From assembly GCA_951406725.2 (NCBI GenBank), contig CATOCA020000002.1, positions 372,001 to 436,000 of the forward strand: a DNA stretch of 64,000 bases. The letters are read 5' to 3'. This stretch comes from Octopus vulgaris (taxonomy: Eukaryota). The position numbers and the translations under genes were made by a program. Below the pieces are notes generated by a model, which made no database searches, had not been told where the DNA came from, and saw only the letters and a list, made by a program, of their open reading frames with translations. Below are positions 38,101 through 51,779 of this stretch, in pieces; the first letter of the stretch is position 1, and each line of letters begins with the position of its first letter.

Positions 38101-38257
38101 TACTAAGGTAAAAATTGTGATATACTCTTGTAAAAATAAATGTTGTTAAACAATGTTTGGGGTTGGTTTTAATACAGGACACCACATAGTCTAAATATCA
38201 AATCAATATGTCAAGACACATCAAACCAAACCACACAAACAATATATATATATATTA

Positions 38258-41200
38258 AGATTGTTGAGATGCTTGAGCGGAGACGTGTAGATTTGTGCTG
38301 CATCCAAGAAGCAAGGTGGGAAGGAGGTTCCGCTAGGTTCCTCACAGGCAAAGAACACAGGTACAAGATTTTCTGGGCAGGGAACACTAATGGGATCGGG
38401 GGCGTGGGTATACTTCTTGCGGAGAAATGGGTAGATAAAGTAATTGAGGTAGTCAGAGTATGTGACAGAGTACTTAAGATTAGATTAGTGCTTCACCATA
38501 GGCCAGCTACTATTATCTTGGCCTATGCCCCTCAGTTGGGGCTACAAGAGGGGCAGAAAGACCAATTCTATGACACCCTATTGCAGACTACCTCGTTGAC
38601 GAATGACAGAGACCTTTTTGTGGCTGGTGATTTCAATGGACATGTTGGACAATGTGCAGGGGGCTTCCATGGCATACATGGAGGCTATGGTTTTGGTTCC
38701 CACAATGAGGAGGGAACCAGACTGCTGGAGTTCTGCAATGCAAATGATCTTATGGTTTGCAATACCAACTTCAGGAAACCCGCCCGTCACTTAGTCACCT
38801 ATCATTCTGGCAGACACACTTGCCAAATTGACTATATCCTCGCCAGAAAAAGAGAAAGAGGGCTGCTTATAAATGCCAAAACCATCCCAGGCGAAGAATG
38901 TAACCCTCAACATAGATTAGTTGTTAGCAACTTCAGGATCAGGGCTGAATGGATGCCCAGAAGAAGACCAGTCTGGAGGAGAAGGGTCTGGAAACTTAAA
39001 GATCCTGCAAATGAGCAGAGATTTAGAAACGTATTACTCGAAGCCTCTGATGAAATAGAAGGGGGTATAGCATCACATAATGTGGAAGACAACTGGAGGT
39101 TTCTACAGGACAACCTGCTGAGAGTCACTGACCAGATCTGTGGCTGGTGCAAAGTCCCCACTTGACCCAAGGTAATGTGGTGGTGAAACAATGTGGTTGA
39201 CAGGCCTATTAGACAAAAGAAACAGGCTTGGAAGGACTGGAAGAATAGAGGTAGCAGGGAATTGTATCAGACTGCCAGAAGGGAAGCTAGGAGACAGGTT
39301 TATTTAGCCAGAGGGGAAGCAGATAAGAAAAAATTTGCCAATGTTCTGCACTGTGAGGACCAACGACTTGAGGTATTTCGTTTTGCAAGACAATGTGTGA
39401 GAGAACATCGTTATGTGGTAGGAGAGAAATGCGTTCGCATGGATGATGGTTCACTTGCGCTAAATGAGGATGCAAAGAGAGAGGCTTGGAGACGACACTA
39501 TGAAAGGTTGCTGAATAAGGAAAATGAATGGGATAAAGAGAGTCTGCCGAATGTCGACCCAACAGAGGGCCCAGCTATCCGAGTTGACAGTTCTTTGGTA
39601 GTTATGGCAATTAGAAGCATGAAGACAGGGAAAGCCCCAGGCCCATCAGGAATTACTGCAGAGATGCTCAAAATATCTGGCAGTGTTGGCTATAGCCTAG
39701 TCACCCGTATAGTTAACCAGATGATACACGAAGGAGTCATACCCAATGACTGGTGTAGCAGCATAATAGTCAACTGCTACAAAGGTAAAGGTGATGCCCT
39801 AGATACAAATAATTACAGAAGTATCAAGCTGTTGGATCAGGTAATGAAAGTAACGGAGAGGGTCATAGCCCAATTGATTAGGGAGAGAGTCAACTTAGAC
39901 GAGATGCAGTTTGGTTTCGTGCCAGGGAAAAGCACCACTGATGCAATATTTCTGGTGAGACAGCTGCAGGAGAAATACCTAGCCAAAGATAAGCCCCTGT
40001 ACCTGGCTTTCGTTGACATGGAGAAAGCCTTCGACAGGGTCCCCCAATCCCCTATCTGGTGGTCAATGAGGAAACTAGGGATAGATGAATGGCTAGTGAG
40101 AGCTGTGCAAGCCATGTACAGGGACGCTGTAAGTAAGGTAAGGGTTGGCAACGTTTACACTGAAGAATTCAAGGTAGAGGTTGGGGTCCACCAGGGTTCA
40201 GTCCTCAGTCCCCTCCTATTTATCATAGTCCTCCAGGCAATTACGGAGGAATTCAAGACAGGATGCCCCTGGGAGCTCCTCTATGCTGACGACCTTGCTC
40301 TAATTGCTAAGTCACTATCAGAACTGGAGGAGAAGTTTCAGGTGTGGAAGGAAGGATTAAAATTGAAGGGCCTTAGAGTCAACCTAGCTAAAACCAAAGT
40401 CCTAATAAGTAGGAAGGTAGACGAACCACAAACGCCTTCAGGTAGATGGCCCTGCTCGATCTGTAGAAAAGGCGTCGATAGAAACTCTATAAGATGTACC
40501 CAGTGTAAGCTATGGACACATAAGAGGTGCAGCAATGTCAAAGGAAGGCTAACTGGGAAGATAGTTTTTGTATGTGGCAGATGCTCAGGACCAATAAACA
40601 CTGAAAATCTGCAGAAAACAACTTCCGTCACTTTCCGGGGGGAAAAACTAGAAGTAGTTGATAGCTTCTGTTACCTAGGTGACCAAGTCAGTAGCAGGGG
40701 TGGGTGTGCTGAAAGTGTAACTGCTGGAGTAAGAATAGCCTGGGCAAAGTTTAGGGAGCTCTTACCTCTGCTGGTGACTAAAGGCCTCTCGCTCAGAGTA
40801 AGAGGCAGACTGTATGATGCTTGTGTACGAACAGCCTTGCTACATGGCAGTGAAACATGGGCCGTGACTGCTGAGGACATGCATAAGCTCACGAGGAATG
40901 AAGCCAGTATGCTCCGATGGATGTGTAATGTCAGTGTACACACTCGACAGTGTAAGTACCTTGAGAGAAAAGTTGGACCTAAGAAGCATCAGCTATGGTG
41001 TGCAAGAGAGATGATTGCGCTGGTATGGTCATGTGGCAAGAATGGATGAAGATAAGTGTGTGAAAAAGTGCCAATCCCTAGCAGTTGAGGGAACCCATGG
41101 AAGAGGTAGACCCAGGAAAACCTGGGACGAGGTGGTGAAGCATGACCATCGAACTTTAGGCCTCACTGAGGCAATGACTAGAGACCGAGACCTTTGGAAA

Positions 41201-41705
41201 TATGCTGTGCATGAGAAGACCCGGCAGGACAAGTGAGTCCATCCCGTGTCCCTTGCCAGGGATTTAGCCAGCCCACTTATGTAGGCCTTTCCTTCCTTGA
41301 CACACAAAGATCTGTTGAGGCAAGCGAAGTCGAAATCGAATTCAAAATTGAACCAATCCTATGACTGGCACCTGGCAGTTGCCAGGGCTGCTGGACTGAC
41401 TCCTGTGCAGGTGGCAAGTAAAGAAACGCCGTTTTTGACCCTGTGCTTGAGGAGATCCATTGAGTCAAGGACACCAACATCAAAGATCAATGGAAACTGC
41501 AGTTCTGAAACTTGTGCCGGTGGCACATAAAAAGCACCCACTACACTCTCGGAGTGGTTGGCGTTAGGAAGGGCATCCAGCTGTAGAAACACTGCCAGAT
41601 CAGACTGGAGCCTGGTGCAGCCTTCTGGCTTCCCAGATCCCCGGTCGAACCGTCCAACCCATGCTAGCATGGAGAACAGACGTTAAACGATAATGATGAT
41701 GATGA
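38258..41705 (+). mobile_element. Near full-length RTE-clade LINE (APE endonuclease + RT)
   Basis: 38269-39165 (CIQE, GDFNGH, IDYIL, HRLV) and 39193-41049 (QFGF, DMEKAFD, QGSVLSP, YADD) share a frame, separated by two TGA stops. Frameshift near 40950; (GAT)n tail. Confidence 0.96.
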
Positions 41706-41736
41706 TATATATATTATATATGTGTGTGTGTGTGTG

Positions 41737-41770
<34 letters not shown>

Positions 41771-41785
41771 TTATGAATGTATGTA

Positions 41786-43000
41786 TGTAGCGGGATGTGA
41801 TGTTGAGGGATCAACGTAAGTTGTCAGGTATAGCAGATGATGTTAGGCATGTTAGACCAGTATCGATGAAAAATAACGAAGAAAGAATAGGAATGTATTT
41901 TACATTATTTATTTGGTCATAGTTGCATTCACTTGTTGGATACTGAAAGCTTGATTTGAAATATGAACAAATATGCAGCTACATAATGCAGGCAGCTACT
42001 TCGAGTCAGTTGTGTACACAGAGAAATGTGTGAAGTAAAACAGAGGAAAGAGAATGTTGATGGGATGAGATAGTACAAAAACATATATTGTGTCTGTGTG
42101 TGCATTCGCCCATTGCTTCTGCTGTGTTGTCTCTCTACCTTGTTGCTCTGCTGACTGTCCGTGTTTGCCTATGGGCTGGTATTTATAAAGGCCCATTCTA
42201 GCTAGAAGGATGAATATATCATTATAAGAGTGGCTTATACACATTTAGGCCACTTGCTGTCCATTTGAACTTTCTGTGACATATTGATGTCCTCTGGGAC
42301 ATGTGTAGCAACATTCTGCTGTTGAGGGCTTGCAGGTGAAAGATGGAACATAGATGTCCACAAACGACTGACATATTTTGAAGGATCAGGAAGAGACTTT
42401 AGAGAAACAGGTGTTAGCATTTGACCAGGTAAAGTCAATGCCATCCCATAAACAAATTCAGCCAGAGTATGTCTGACTCACTCCTTAACCATGGATTGAA
42501 TACCAAGGAGGATGAGTGGAAGATATTCCAGCCAGTTGGAGCAGTCTGGATAGGCTTTAATAGCTGCCTTAAGTTGGCAGTGAAAGCATTTAACCATGCC
42601 ATTTGCTGATGGGTGATATACTGTTGTCATTTCAGTGAAGAGGTGAGAATTGAACTGACATCCTCTGTCAGTGGTGATTGTCGCAGGTGTGCCAAAAGGT
42701 GAAACCCAGTAAAACACTAGCATTTTGGCGACAGTTTCTACGGAAGTATCCAATGGGGGAAAAGCTTCCAATCAGCGAGAAAATCTGTCAACACAGGCGA
42801 GGTGAGTGCAGTAGTTAGAAGGAGGCAAAGGTCCAATAATGTCGATGTGCATGTATTGAAAATATGCATCAGGAGTTGCAAATGAACTGATAGGAGATTT
42901 AATGTGTCTGTTAGGAGTTGTGTCACATGCTTTTTGGCATGGGACACAGTTCCTAACCTATTCGTGGGTGTCCTTGTTGGGTCACTCAAAACAGGTCAAT
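41786..43000 (-). mobile_element. Gypsy integrase remnant with putative 3' LTR (41786-42241)
   Basis: FGTPATITTDRGCQF..YHPSANGMV..HCQLKAA..WLEYLPLILLG. The LTR is bounded by TG..CA. Confidence 0.75.
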
Positions 43001-43016
43001 ATCAGCTTTTGTGTGA

Positions 43017-45660
43017 TGTAGACACCAGGATGTGCTAGGGAATGCAATGCAAAGTGTAGTGTGGTGGAGGAAAAAGACAACATAAAAAGAAACATATGGG
43101 AGAAAGAAATACAAAGACCTTACCTGTTGACCTTGGTGGGATGAGCGATAATTGTCAAGAAATAGATACGTCCTTGCATGCTGCCGTCTCTTCCCGAACT
43201 GCCCGCACTTGTTTCCTGCCCACGCATGCCCTGTGGCTGTGCCACAGGCCCCTGCAGTCTTCACTTGCATCTGCCTCATCTGCAATCCTCTCCACCAACA
43301 CCACATAGCTCATCACAGCCCATAACACCACTAACACCACACACACCCCTGATCTACAGATCATTCAACCGGCTTTCCCACTCACTCCTCACTCCCGAAC
43401 TCACACTTTAACTGGTTTCATAATCAGCCAACCAGGGAGGAGGGTGCCACTGTCTGTGGTCACCGTGCAACCCTGGGACTGGCCTGAGTTCCTGGCATGC
43501 TGCTGCTGGCTTCATCATCTTGCCTACTGATACTGTCTTCATCTTCTTGCCTACTGTTGCTGTCTTCATCTTCTTGCCCACTGCTGCTGGTTCCATCCTC
43601 TGAGGCATTGACAATCTTCCGCACATCCAAAACGAGGTGTGGAATACCATCGACTTTCCCCATCATGATGTACACCATGTGTTTGGGGGTTTTACCCAAA
43701 CTTCTTCCCCTACCTGCACGAAGGCATGCTCTTCTGTCCCGGGTCGCATCGATGCAATACACGGATGCCTCCACTCGTACCTGAATATTGCTCTGTGTGA
43801 CACCAACTCCTCAGCCTGTCCTGACCTGGGTGACATATTGTACCAGAATACGGCCTCATTTGGTGAAATGTGGCCGCTCTCTGCCATGGTCTTGATGGTA
43901 CGATGGTACCATTTCTACTTGGCCGGTATGCTGCCATGAAGAAGTGGTTGACCTGCCATTTATCAAGCATTTCTTTCAGCACCTCCGAGCGAAATGCAGT
44001 GCCATTATCCAGAAGCAGCTCATCCATGGGGCCTCGTTCCAGGAATATCTCATTTAGTACTTTCACGATTTCCTCTGCAGTCCCCGTCTTCATCTCCCTC
44101 CATATGACCAACCGCCCCAATCCGCAGTCAACCATTGAGAGGTATGTCCCCTGCCAGTAGTGTGTTATGTCCACCTCCAGTCATTTCCAGTTGTGGTCCA
44201 CTTGAATACTTCCTGCCTCATGTGCACCCAGAGCAGGGTCAATGGACTGACACCTGTCACAGCTGCTAACCACTCTCTGCATGCTTCATCTTGTTACATT
44301 GGAGTCGACTTTCCTGTCCCTCCCCATGGTATGCAATCTCCTCAACTTTGAGCCACTCAGACAGCATACTGCAGCCACAGCCTGCTCAGCATCCTCTGGA
44401 AACTGCAACCAGGCTCGCTTTACCCTGGTCAGGATGTCTGCCCTGTTCTTCTCAGAAAGTACAAAGATCACGCTCAGCCTCAGATCGAACTCAGCGGTTA
44501 GTTCATGCAGTATCCCCAATCAACGCTTTACCAACATCACTGCGGCCCCTTTGGTTTGCACCCTCCACACATTGCTGTCACCCAACCAAGTACAGTGGCT
44601 GAATCAGTCCTGATTTTTATGGTGCACAGCCCCCACTTCAAGGCTAGGTTCACTCCCTTCAACACAGCATCCAACTCTGTCACATTGATATGATTGCAGT
44701 CATCTGTGTCCCTGAGCCAGGCTGCATCTTCCACCATGACACCTCCCACTTCCAAGATAACCCCTATTGCTATGCTACTGGCGTCACACTATACAATCCT
44801 GCTCTTTGCTTTGGGAACATACCAACTGCCCTCGCTGGATCTTCTGCTCTCACTCTGACCAAGACTTCCTGTATCATGTCGGTCGTCTTCTCCCCCACTC
44901 TATCGTTCCACTTTGCTCCTTCGGCTTGTCTCTTGATGAAGTTACATGCTGTCCAAAGCCATCCTGCAATCGGGTAGTGTCCCACCAGCTTCCCACACAC
45001 CGAGAACAGTTCCCGTCTACTCATGCTGATGCCCAGTTCGGGAATCTCGTTTCCTCGCCAGAACACCAATGCGCCGGCCTTGTCTCTCCATAGCTTGAGG
45101 CCCAGTGCAGCGCCTCCCTCCATTGCTCCTGGTGGTTTGGCGATCACTCCAAAACTCTTCAGGTGGCCTATGACCTCCATTGCTGGCATTACGGTTTCAT
45201 CCACCAGAATGTCATCAATGTACGAATTGGTGGCCCTTTTTACTCTGTCCACCTTTCCCAGGATGGCCTTGAGAATTGTCGCCATAATCTTTGGTGCTGA
45301 ATTTAGCCCGAACCCCAACCTGGTCAGGCAGTATGTCCGGCGCTTATACCTGACAAGCTGATACTTCCACAGTCTCTCAGTTACATGCACTTTCATGCCG
45401 ACTTCAAATCGACGATTGTGGAGGCCCCTGTCATCTGCCTCCACTCTCGCAAGGTAACCCTGCAGACATCTGTGGCCTCGCCGCCCGTATGACATATGTG
45501 GTCATTCAACTCTCGGAAGTCAAGCACCAGTAGCAAATGACCTCAGGCTTGGGTGACTTGCAGTCTCGTACCATGTGCAGGCCCTGACACCAGAAACACT
45601 GTCCTTTGAATGGTCGCACATGTTCTTTGTTTGACCCCTCTCCGCTACTCCTTGCTCATC
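43017..45660 (-). mobile_element. LTR retroelement pol remnant (RT-RNaseH-integrase) with 3' LTR 43017-43358
   Basis: RLGFGLNSAP and YIDD; RNase H HINVTEL..TDS..NRADILTR; integrase MDITH..DNGTAF. LTR ends TGTAGA..TCTACA. Confidence 0.8.
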
Positions 45661-46430
45661 TTGTTTGCTCGGGTGACTCTACAGCTTCCAAGACTACAAT
45701 TGTATTCATCTTGGCTTAGATAAAATGACTAAATTAAGGGGTCTTACTAACTCTTAAGAAGTTGAAATTTTAGAAATATTACTTCATTTGTGTTTAATAT
45801 CTGTGGTTAAAATTTCATTAACAGCAAAAATACATGAATTTTCATGGGGTTATAGCCTCATTTATGCTCTCTTACTTTCAAACATATATTGCATTACATC
45901 TGTCCTTAATCAGAGAATATAATATCCAAATTTCATAAAGATCCATTCAGTACTTTTGACCTAGTTTTGGATCATAAAAAATGACTAAAATTTTGGAGTT
46001 AAGGCCCCCATTAGGGGGTCTTAGAATCCTCATGAGAAGCAGAAACTTTAAGAATACTTCTTGATGTGTGCCAATTACCCATGGTTGAAAATTCATCAAC
46101 ATCAAAAATTTACGAATTTTCTTGGGGGTTCTGCCCACTTCAAGCCATCTCCCATTCAAACCAAACATATTGTTTCATACCCACCCTTATGCATTGAATC
46201 TAAGTTCCAAATCTCATAAGAATCCATTCAGTAATTTTGGTCCATGAAATTGTATGAAATACACAGCATTACCCTTCTCCCTAGGCTTGGATTTTGTGTT
46301 CCAAATTTCATTAGGATCAGTGCAGTAGTTTTCGAATGTATGAGTAACACACGAAAACACATAAAGACATTGACTTTCATATAACAGATATGAATATGCA
46401 TATATACATACATGTATATATGTGTGTGTG

Positions 46431-46469
<39 letters not shown>

Positions 46470-46470
<1 letters not shown>

Positions 46471-48730
46471 ATAAAAACGGTAAGACAACAAAAGAATGAA
46501 AGAGACCTCGATATTATGTAAATAGAGGAATTTATCTGTAAATGTAATATGTGACAATTATTCGGTAGCCATGATAAAACTCTGAGATTCGGATGCCGAG
46601 GTGGAAATCCATGCCGCCATCTCTTCAGTTATCCGGCCATCGGAAAAAATTCTATGAAAAATGACCGTTATACAAAATTACTGTGTGATTAACCATTATT
46701 AAGACAAAAGAGCTATTCGAATGACCGCTAAGTGAGGGGAGGGAGTAAAAATAAGGGGGTAAAAAGGTTCATAGTATTCGCGTAAGCGTGCATGTTCATA
46801 TCTACACATGTGCGCCCGCACACCCACGTGCATGAGCCTAAAACTATACTCATCCACCCTCACTTGAAACGTACACAACCTCACCCACACCATTCACCAA
46901 ATATATATATATACAAACACACACACATGCACACCAAAAAGGTTTCATACACATGTCTATATACGTACAAACACAAGAAAACACAGGGCTAAGGGTAACA
47001 ATACAGAAAAAGGTTAAACCACATCTATATATGCACACACACACGCGCACACAAAAAAGTTCATATACACATGAAAAAACAGAGCTAAAGGCAAAAATAT
47101 AAGAAAATGTGCAAAATAAATGAGTAAAACACGTCTGTATACTCACATACTTGCAAGCACACACACACGCACACAACCACATGCGCACACAAAGGATTCC
47201 ATATACACGTCTATATATGCACAAGGAAAATGCAGAGTGGAAGGTAGAATACAGAAAAATTATGTGTAAAAAATATATAAGCAATATCTCTATAAATATG
47301 TAAAAAATATAAATAAAAATATATAAGAAATATAAGTAAAAGATATAAAGAGATAAAAAGCTTGAACGTGGACACAATACCGAAGGCAAGTTCTATCTGT
47401 AATCTCGGGGGGACCAAAAACGTAACAAATATCTGGCCACATATGGGCATGAACCTAAAAGTTCAGTTCTTGAATTCAGACATGTAGCAGGGTCTAAGCT
47501 GCTTTTCCAAATGAGCCATCTTTCCATATCACATAGACCGCACTTTCCACTGCCGTTGGTGTAGGGCTTACACTTGGTTAAGATCTTCCAATGGATATTG
47601 TAATTGACACCTTTATCTTTTAAGTACCATATATGACTGGATAATTTGGTCATTTTCCTTTTTTCCCAGTGCCTGAAGCTCAAGGTGTGATTATTGAACC
47701 TGGCCTTGAAATTACCCTCTGTAAGGCCCATGTATTTCTTCGTCAAAACTGTCTTTAGTGGATATAGAGTCCACAGTAGCTTCATAAATGATGGTCTCGG
47801 ACATGCAAGCTCCATTTAGCGGGCACAAATTTTTCTCTCTGCAAGAACAGCTGGTTTCGTATTGTGGTTTTTGTGTGTTGTGTGTGATTATATTTTTAAA
47901 ATTGGTAGTTGAGCTGAAACTGATTTTTAAGTTGTGTCTATTGAAGAGCTTTCTGTAAGTATGGTTGACTGGAAAATGTCTATCTACCAGTGCTAAGAAA
48001 TACTTGCCTATATTGAAGGTCACCTCGGGTGAGTAGGGGTGTGTGAACCAGATGGTGTTCCTATTCCTACGTTTCCTCTTCTTTATCATTGGCCTGGTGG
48101 CAGGTGTATACGTTATTTCTTCAGTAAAACCATTATCTTTTAGAGCCTTATTATATACTGGGGCAACGCTATTAAAAATGTCCTTATCGGAGGAGAGGCT
48201 AGAAATTCTCTTGCTAATGTTTTCAACTAAATTTTTAAACACTATAGGGGGATGGTAGGAACCTACATTAATATAACTACGTCTATCATTGGGTTTCCTA
48301 TAAGGCTTATAAATGTTCTTATTTAGATTTAAGGACACATCTAAGAAATTGACAACCATCAGGCTGGTGTCTGTAGTTATACTAAGTCCGAGGGTTTTAA
48401 TCAAATGGATAATGTCCTTCCTAAACCGATCCTGTGCTGGTCCATTGGTATTTGTAGTTAAGGTGAGGGCATCATCTTTGTAAATGGTGAAGTATACATC
48501 AGGAAAGGTTCCGCCAACGTATCGAGTAGGAATAATCCAATAAGATCACATATGCCTGCTCCATCATATGACCCCATGCTCACATCGAAAGCACCTCTGT
48601 ACCGATACAGAGGGTGATTCATTTACATTGCATACATTTACTTTTCTATGCAGCATTTCTTTGCCGACCTATATTGGATCTTTTGCATCGAGGTATGGTG
48701 GAAAATTATCAGTTTACACAATAGAAAAAG
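46470..48730 (-). mobile_element. Penelope-like element (RT + GIY-YIG) remnant with pLTR
   Basis: MGSYDGAGICDLIG, YKDD, VNFLDVSLNL, YRKPN, CSCREKNLCPLNGAC..IIYEA, YMGLTEGNFKARFNNH, CGLCDME and LNSRTEL. Confidence 0.9.
46573..46633 (-). ncRNA. Degenerate hammerhead in Penelope pLTR
   Basis: GATAA-CTGAAGA-GATG..CATC-cGAA(T)C-tcaga-GTT-TTATC; 5-bp helix I, one core substitution. Confidence 0.55.
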
Positions 48731-48944
48731 TCCTAAAGAGAAAGCGGTGAATGTGTAGCACCCAAAAACTAATAAAATGCAGTTGGCAAAAATATTAATC
48801 AAAGAAACCGAATTATGGATTTTTAATTTTGGGTGAGAGTTTTGTAGTGATTAGTTTAAGTTAGAATAATTATATGAAAAAGAGCGCTCAATGTGAAAAC
48901 AGAGGCAAATCGTACCTCACAAATGAATACTGCTGGCAGTACTG

Positions 48945-51779
48945 ATTTCTTTATTGATCACAAGGGGCCAACATAGAGGGGACAAACACACATGCGAGGG
49001 CAATTAACAAATGAAAAATGAATGAAAATGGATTATTACAATGAAGGTGAGACGGCCACCCTGGCCTCGCTCCAGGATGGTTACGTGATTTCAATTATTT
49101 CAAACAATCTTATAAATGTTCTTTTAGAATGTTCATTGTTAGTTCTCTGAAAAATGAAATCTCAACAAATTTTTACTCACCACTTAATATCGTTTTTAAT
49201 GTCGTCATAATCTACCAGTCTACCACTGGGGTGCAGGGTTCAATACTCACCTCAGACCCCAGTGGATTGAAATGCTTCCTTCAAAGTTCTGTATTTTTCT
49301 TCATTTATTAAGATGCATTTTATGTCTTTATCATATCCTTCTGAAAGTTTCACTCTAATAATCTTTTTCATTTTCATTATTTTCCTCTCCACTTTTTGGT
49401 TAGTAAATAGATTTTGTTTTTGTGTACGTCTTGTGTGTCTGTGTATCTGTGCCCTTATGCTTCTGTAGCTCTGTGATATTGTAGCAATATCGTTACACTC
49501 ATTGCTATCTTCACTGTTTGAGAAGAGTATTAAGAATAATCTCGTTCGAGATTACAAACATCTTCGGCTAGTTTAACATTGTTGTAAACACTAATTCGAT
49601 TGGCTGACACGTGGTCTCTACTACGTTCGCACCGCTGGTTGTCACGTGACGCGACGCGATTTGCCTCCGCTTATTTTCGCGCCATTGTTCCAAGCAGCCA
49701 ATCACAGCTTTCCATTTCTGAAGTTCGTTTTGAGCCTCATAAACCTTATATAAAGAAGGGTTCTCAGACAAATATTCGTCTTTGGTTCAAGTCCTTCTCA
49801 AGGCGAACCTCTGACCACAGAGTTCGTCTTTGGTTCTAGTTCTTTTCAGAACGGACCTCTGACCACACAGAGCATACTCGACCATGTTCCAGTTCGAAAG
49901 GCAGGCGACCACCATTATATCAAGAGAAAAATAACCAAGCAGAATATATGATGAAGACGCAGCAAAAACCAAGCGACGGACACAACTCATCGCCAAACAT
50001 CGAAGATTTAATTTGTACACAAGATGACCACAGATTCAACTCTAGCGGTTAGGTGAAAATCTCACCACGGCAAAAACGGCTACAGTTAACACATCTGGAA
50101 GTATATTCATATCAAGAGAAAGATAAACACAACAAGTGATTCAATTAATCTCAACTACGAGACGCAACATCTTGATATGGAACTCTTACACTCCGTGTAC
50201 CTCATAAACGGTAAATCAATTATCTGTCTTGAGTTCTAGTTCTTCTAAGAACTACCTTAAGCCATCTGCTACTACCTGTTGCTGGGCTGATACCAACAAC
50301 ATGAACTGTGAACCAAATTCCATTGTTATTCCTCTGGTCAGTACCTTTTATGTCTCACGAACACACAGACACAAAAACATGCTAACACTTACAAACTTCC
50401 AACCAACATGATTGTAAAATATGTAAAATGAATAATGTATATAATTCAAAAAGAAATCTTGTTGTCATTCCACTTGTTTTCTATTGCCGCTGTATGTATT
50501 ATATGGTCTGTAATATTTCATTGAGAATGGGATCGCGTGCGATTGTATTCCATATACGATACGACTGCATGTGATCCTATTTTTATAATATCATGTGTCT
50601 GTATGTCTATATTCTTATGTGTCTGTGTGTTTATGTGTCTGCGCCTCTGGATGTTTGTGTATCTGTAAGTCTGTGTTTACTTGGTGTTTCTGTTCTACTT
50701 GTGGTATTTTTCTATGTGATCCTAAGAGTGTATTGCTTCTGCTTGTTGTTGTTGATGGGTCTGTTTTCTCCTGTGTTTTTTGTTTTTTCTGTTGTAATTC
50801 CTTTTTAGGCAGTGGATTCCTCCTCTCTCTCTCTTCCATGTTTTAACTGCTATGAACTTTGTGTTCTGTTCTGTGTCTTGGGTCTTCATCTCCACTTTCA
50901 TTTTGCCTTCTTCTGCTTCTGTTTCTGTAACTTCCTTTGTTAGTTTAGGATGCCTTCTTCTAATGTGTTTCTTCTCTCCACACTCATGACAAGTTGGTGG
51001 CCTCCCCTCCAACATTACTTCAAGTTTATCCTCATTTGGCAGCTCCACTGTTTCTGGAATTGCTCCGTATTCCATCGGATTTGCTGTAAAATACATCTCC
51101 AACCATACCCCCAATAATTTATTTGTTGAGTCTGGGTTATCTGTAATACTTTCACATCCTCGTTTTCTCTGTTCTCTCCTACAGGGAAAACTGCTGCCAT
51201 TATCCACTTGGGATCAATTCCAGGTGGAATCCTGCCTACCCTGATCCTAGTAACGTGTTTACCTAGGAGGTAGGCAGGAGTGTCCATTTTCCCCTGGAAA
51301 GCACCTCAGTGGAGTGTCTTCTTGCCTCCTCTTCAGAGACAAATTAAATGCCACTGATGCGAACCTTCTTCCTCTTGTATAGAATGTTATTCTTTCCTTC
51401 AACTTTTCCAGACACTCATCCACCGCCTCCTGCATTGCATTCTCGAAACTCTTGCTTCTTTTCAAAAACGGTCTGTAAGTTATTACTCTACTTACCATTT
51501 TTTCCTGTCTTCTTCTGGGGGGGGGTCAACTTTATGTTTGATCCCCCTCTTTATCATCCCTTGATATTTTGTGAGCAGCTCCACATTACAATATACTTCA
51601 CACTGTTCTAGCATATCTGGAATGACTGCACTCTGACTTCCCGTCACCACCACGTAACTCTTCATTTAGATAAAAAATCCAAAAGCTAATTCTTCAATTA
51701 GATAAAAAGTCTTCATTTAGATAAAAAAAAAACTCTTCGTTTAGATAAAGATTCCAAAAGCTAACAAATATCGCAAATA
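48945..51779 (-). mobile_element. ORF1-only Tx1/L1-like element (copy C) with 19-bp TSD, interrupted by a solo LTR
   Basis: TSD AATACTGCTGGCAGTACTG at 48926-48944 and 51780-51798. The ORF remnant runs 51665 to ~49200 (RITFYTRGRRF, RIRVGRIPPGID, NYWGYG, LEGRPPTCHECGEKKH, KIIRVKL..IKCILI). 3' end GTCCCCTCT..GGCCCCTTGTG..AATAAAGAAAT. Confidence 0.8.
49480..50586 (+). mobile_element. Probable solo LTR
   Basis: Interrupts the copy C ORF, starts TGTAG and is flanked by ATAT. Contains ATTGG/CCAAT boxes, GTCACGTGAC and TATATAAAG (~49748). Confidence 0.55.
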
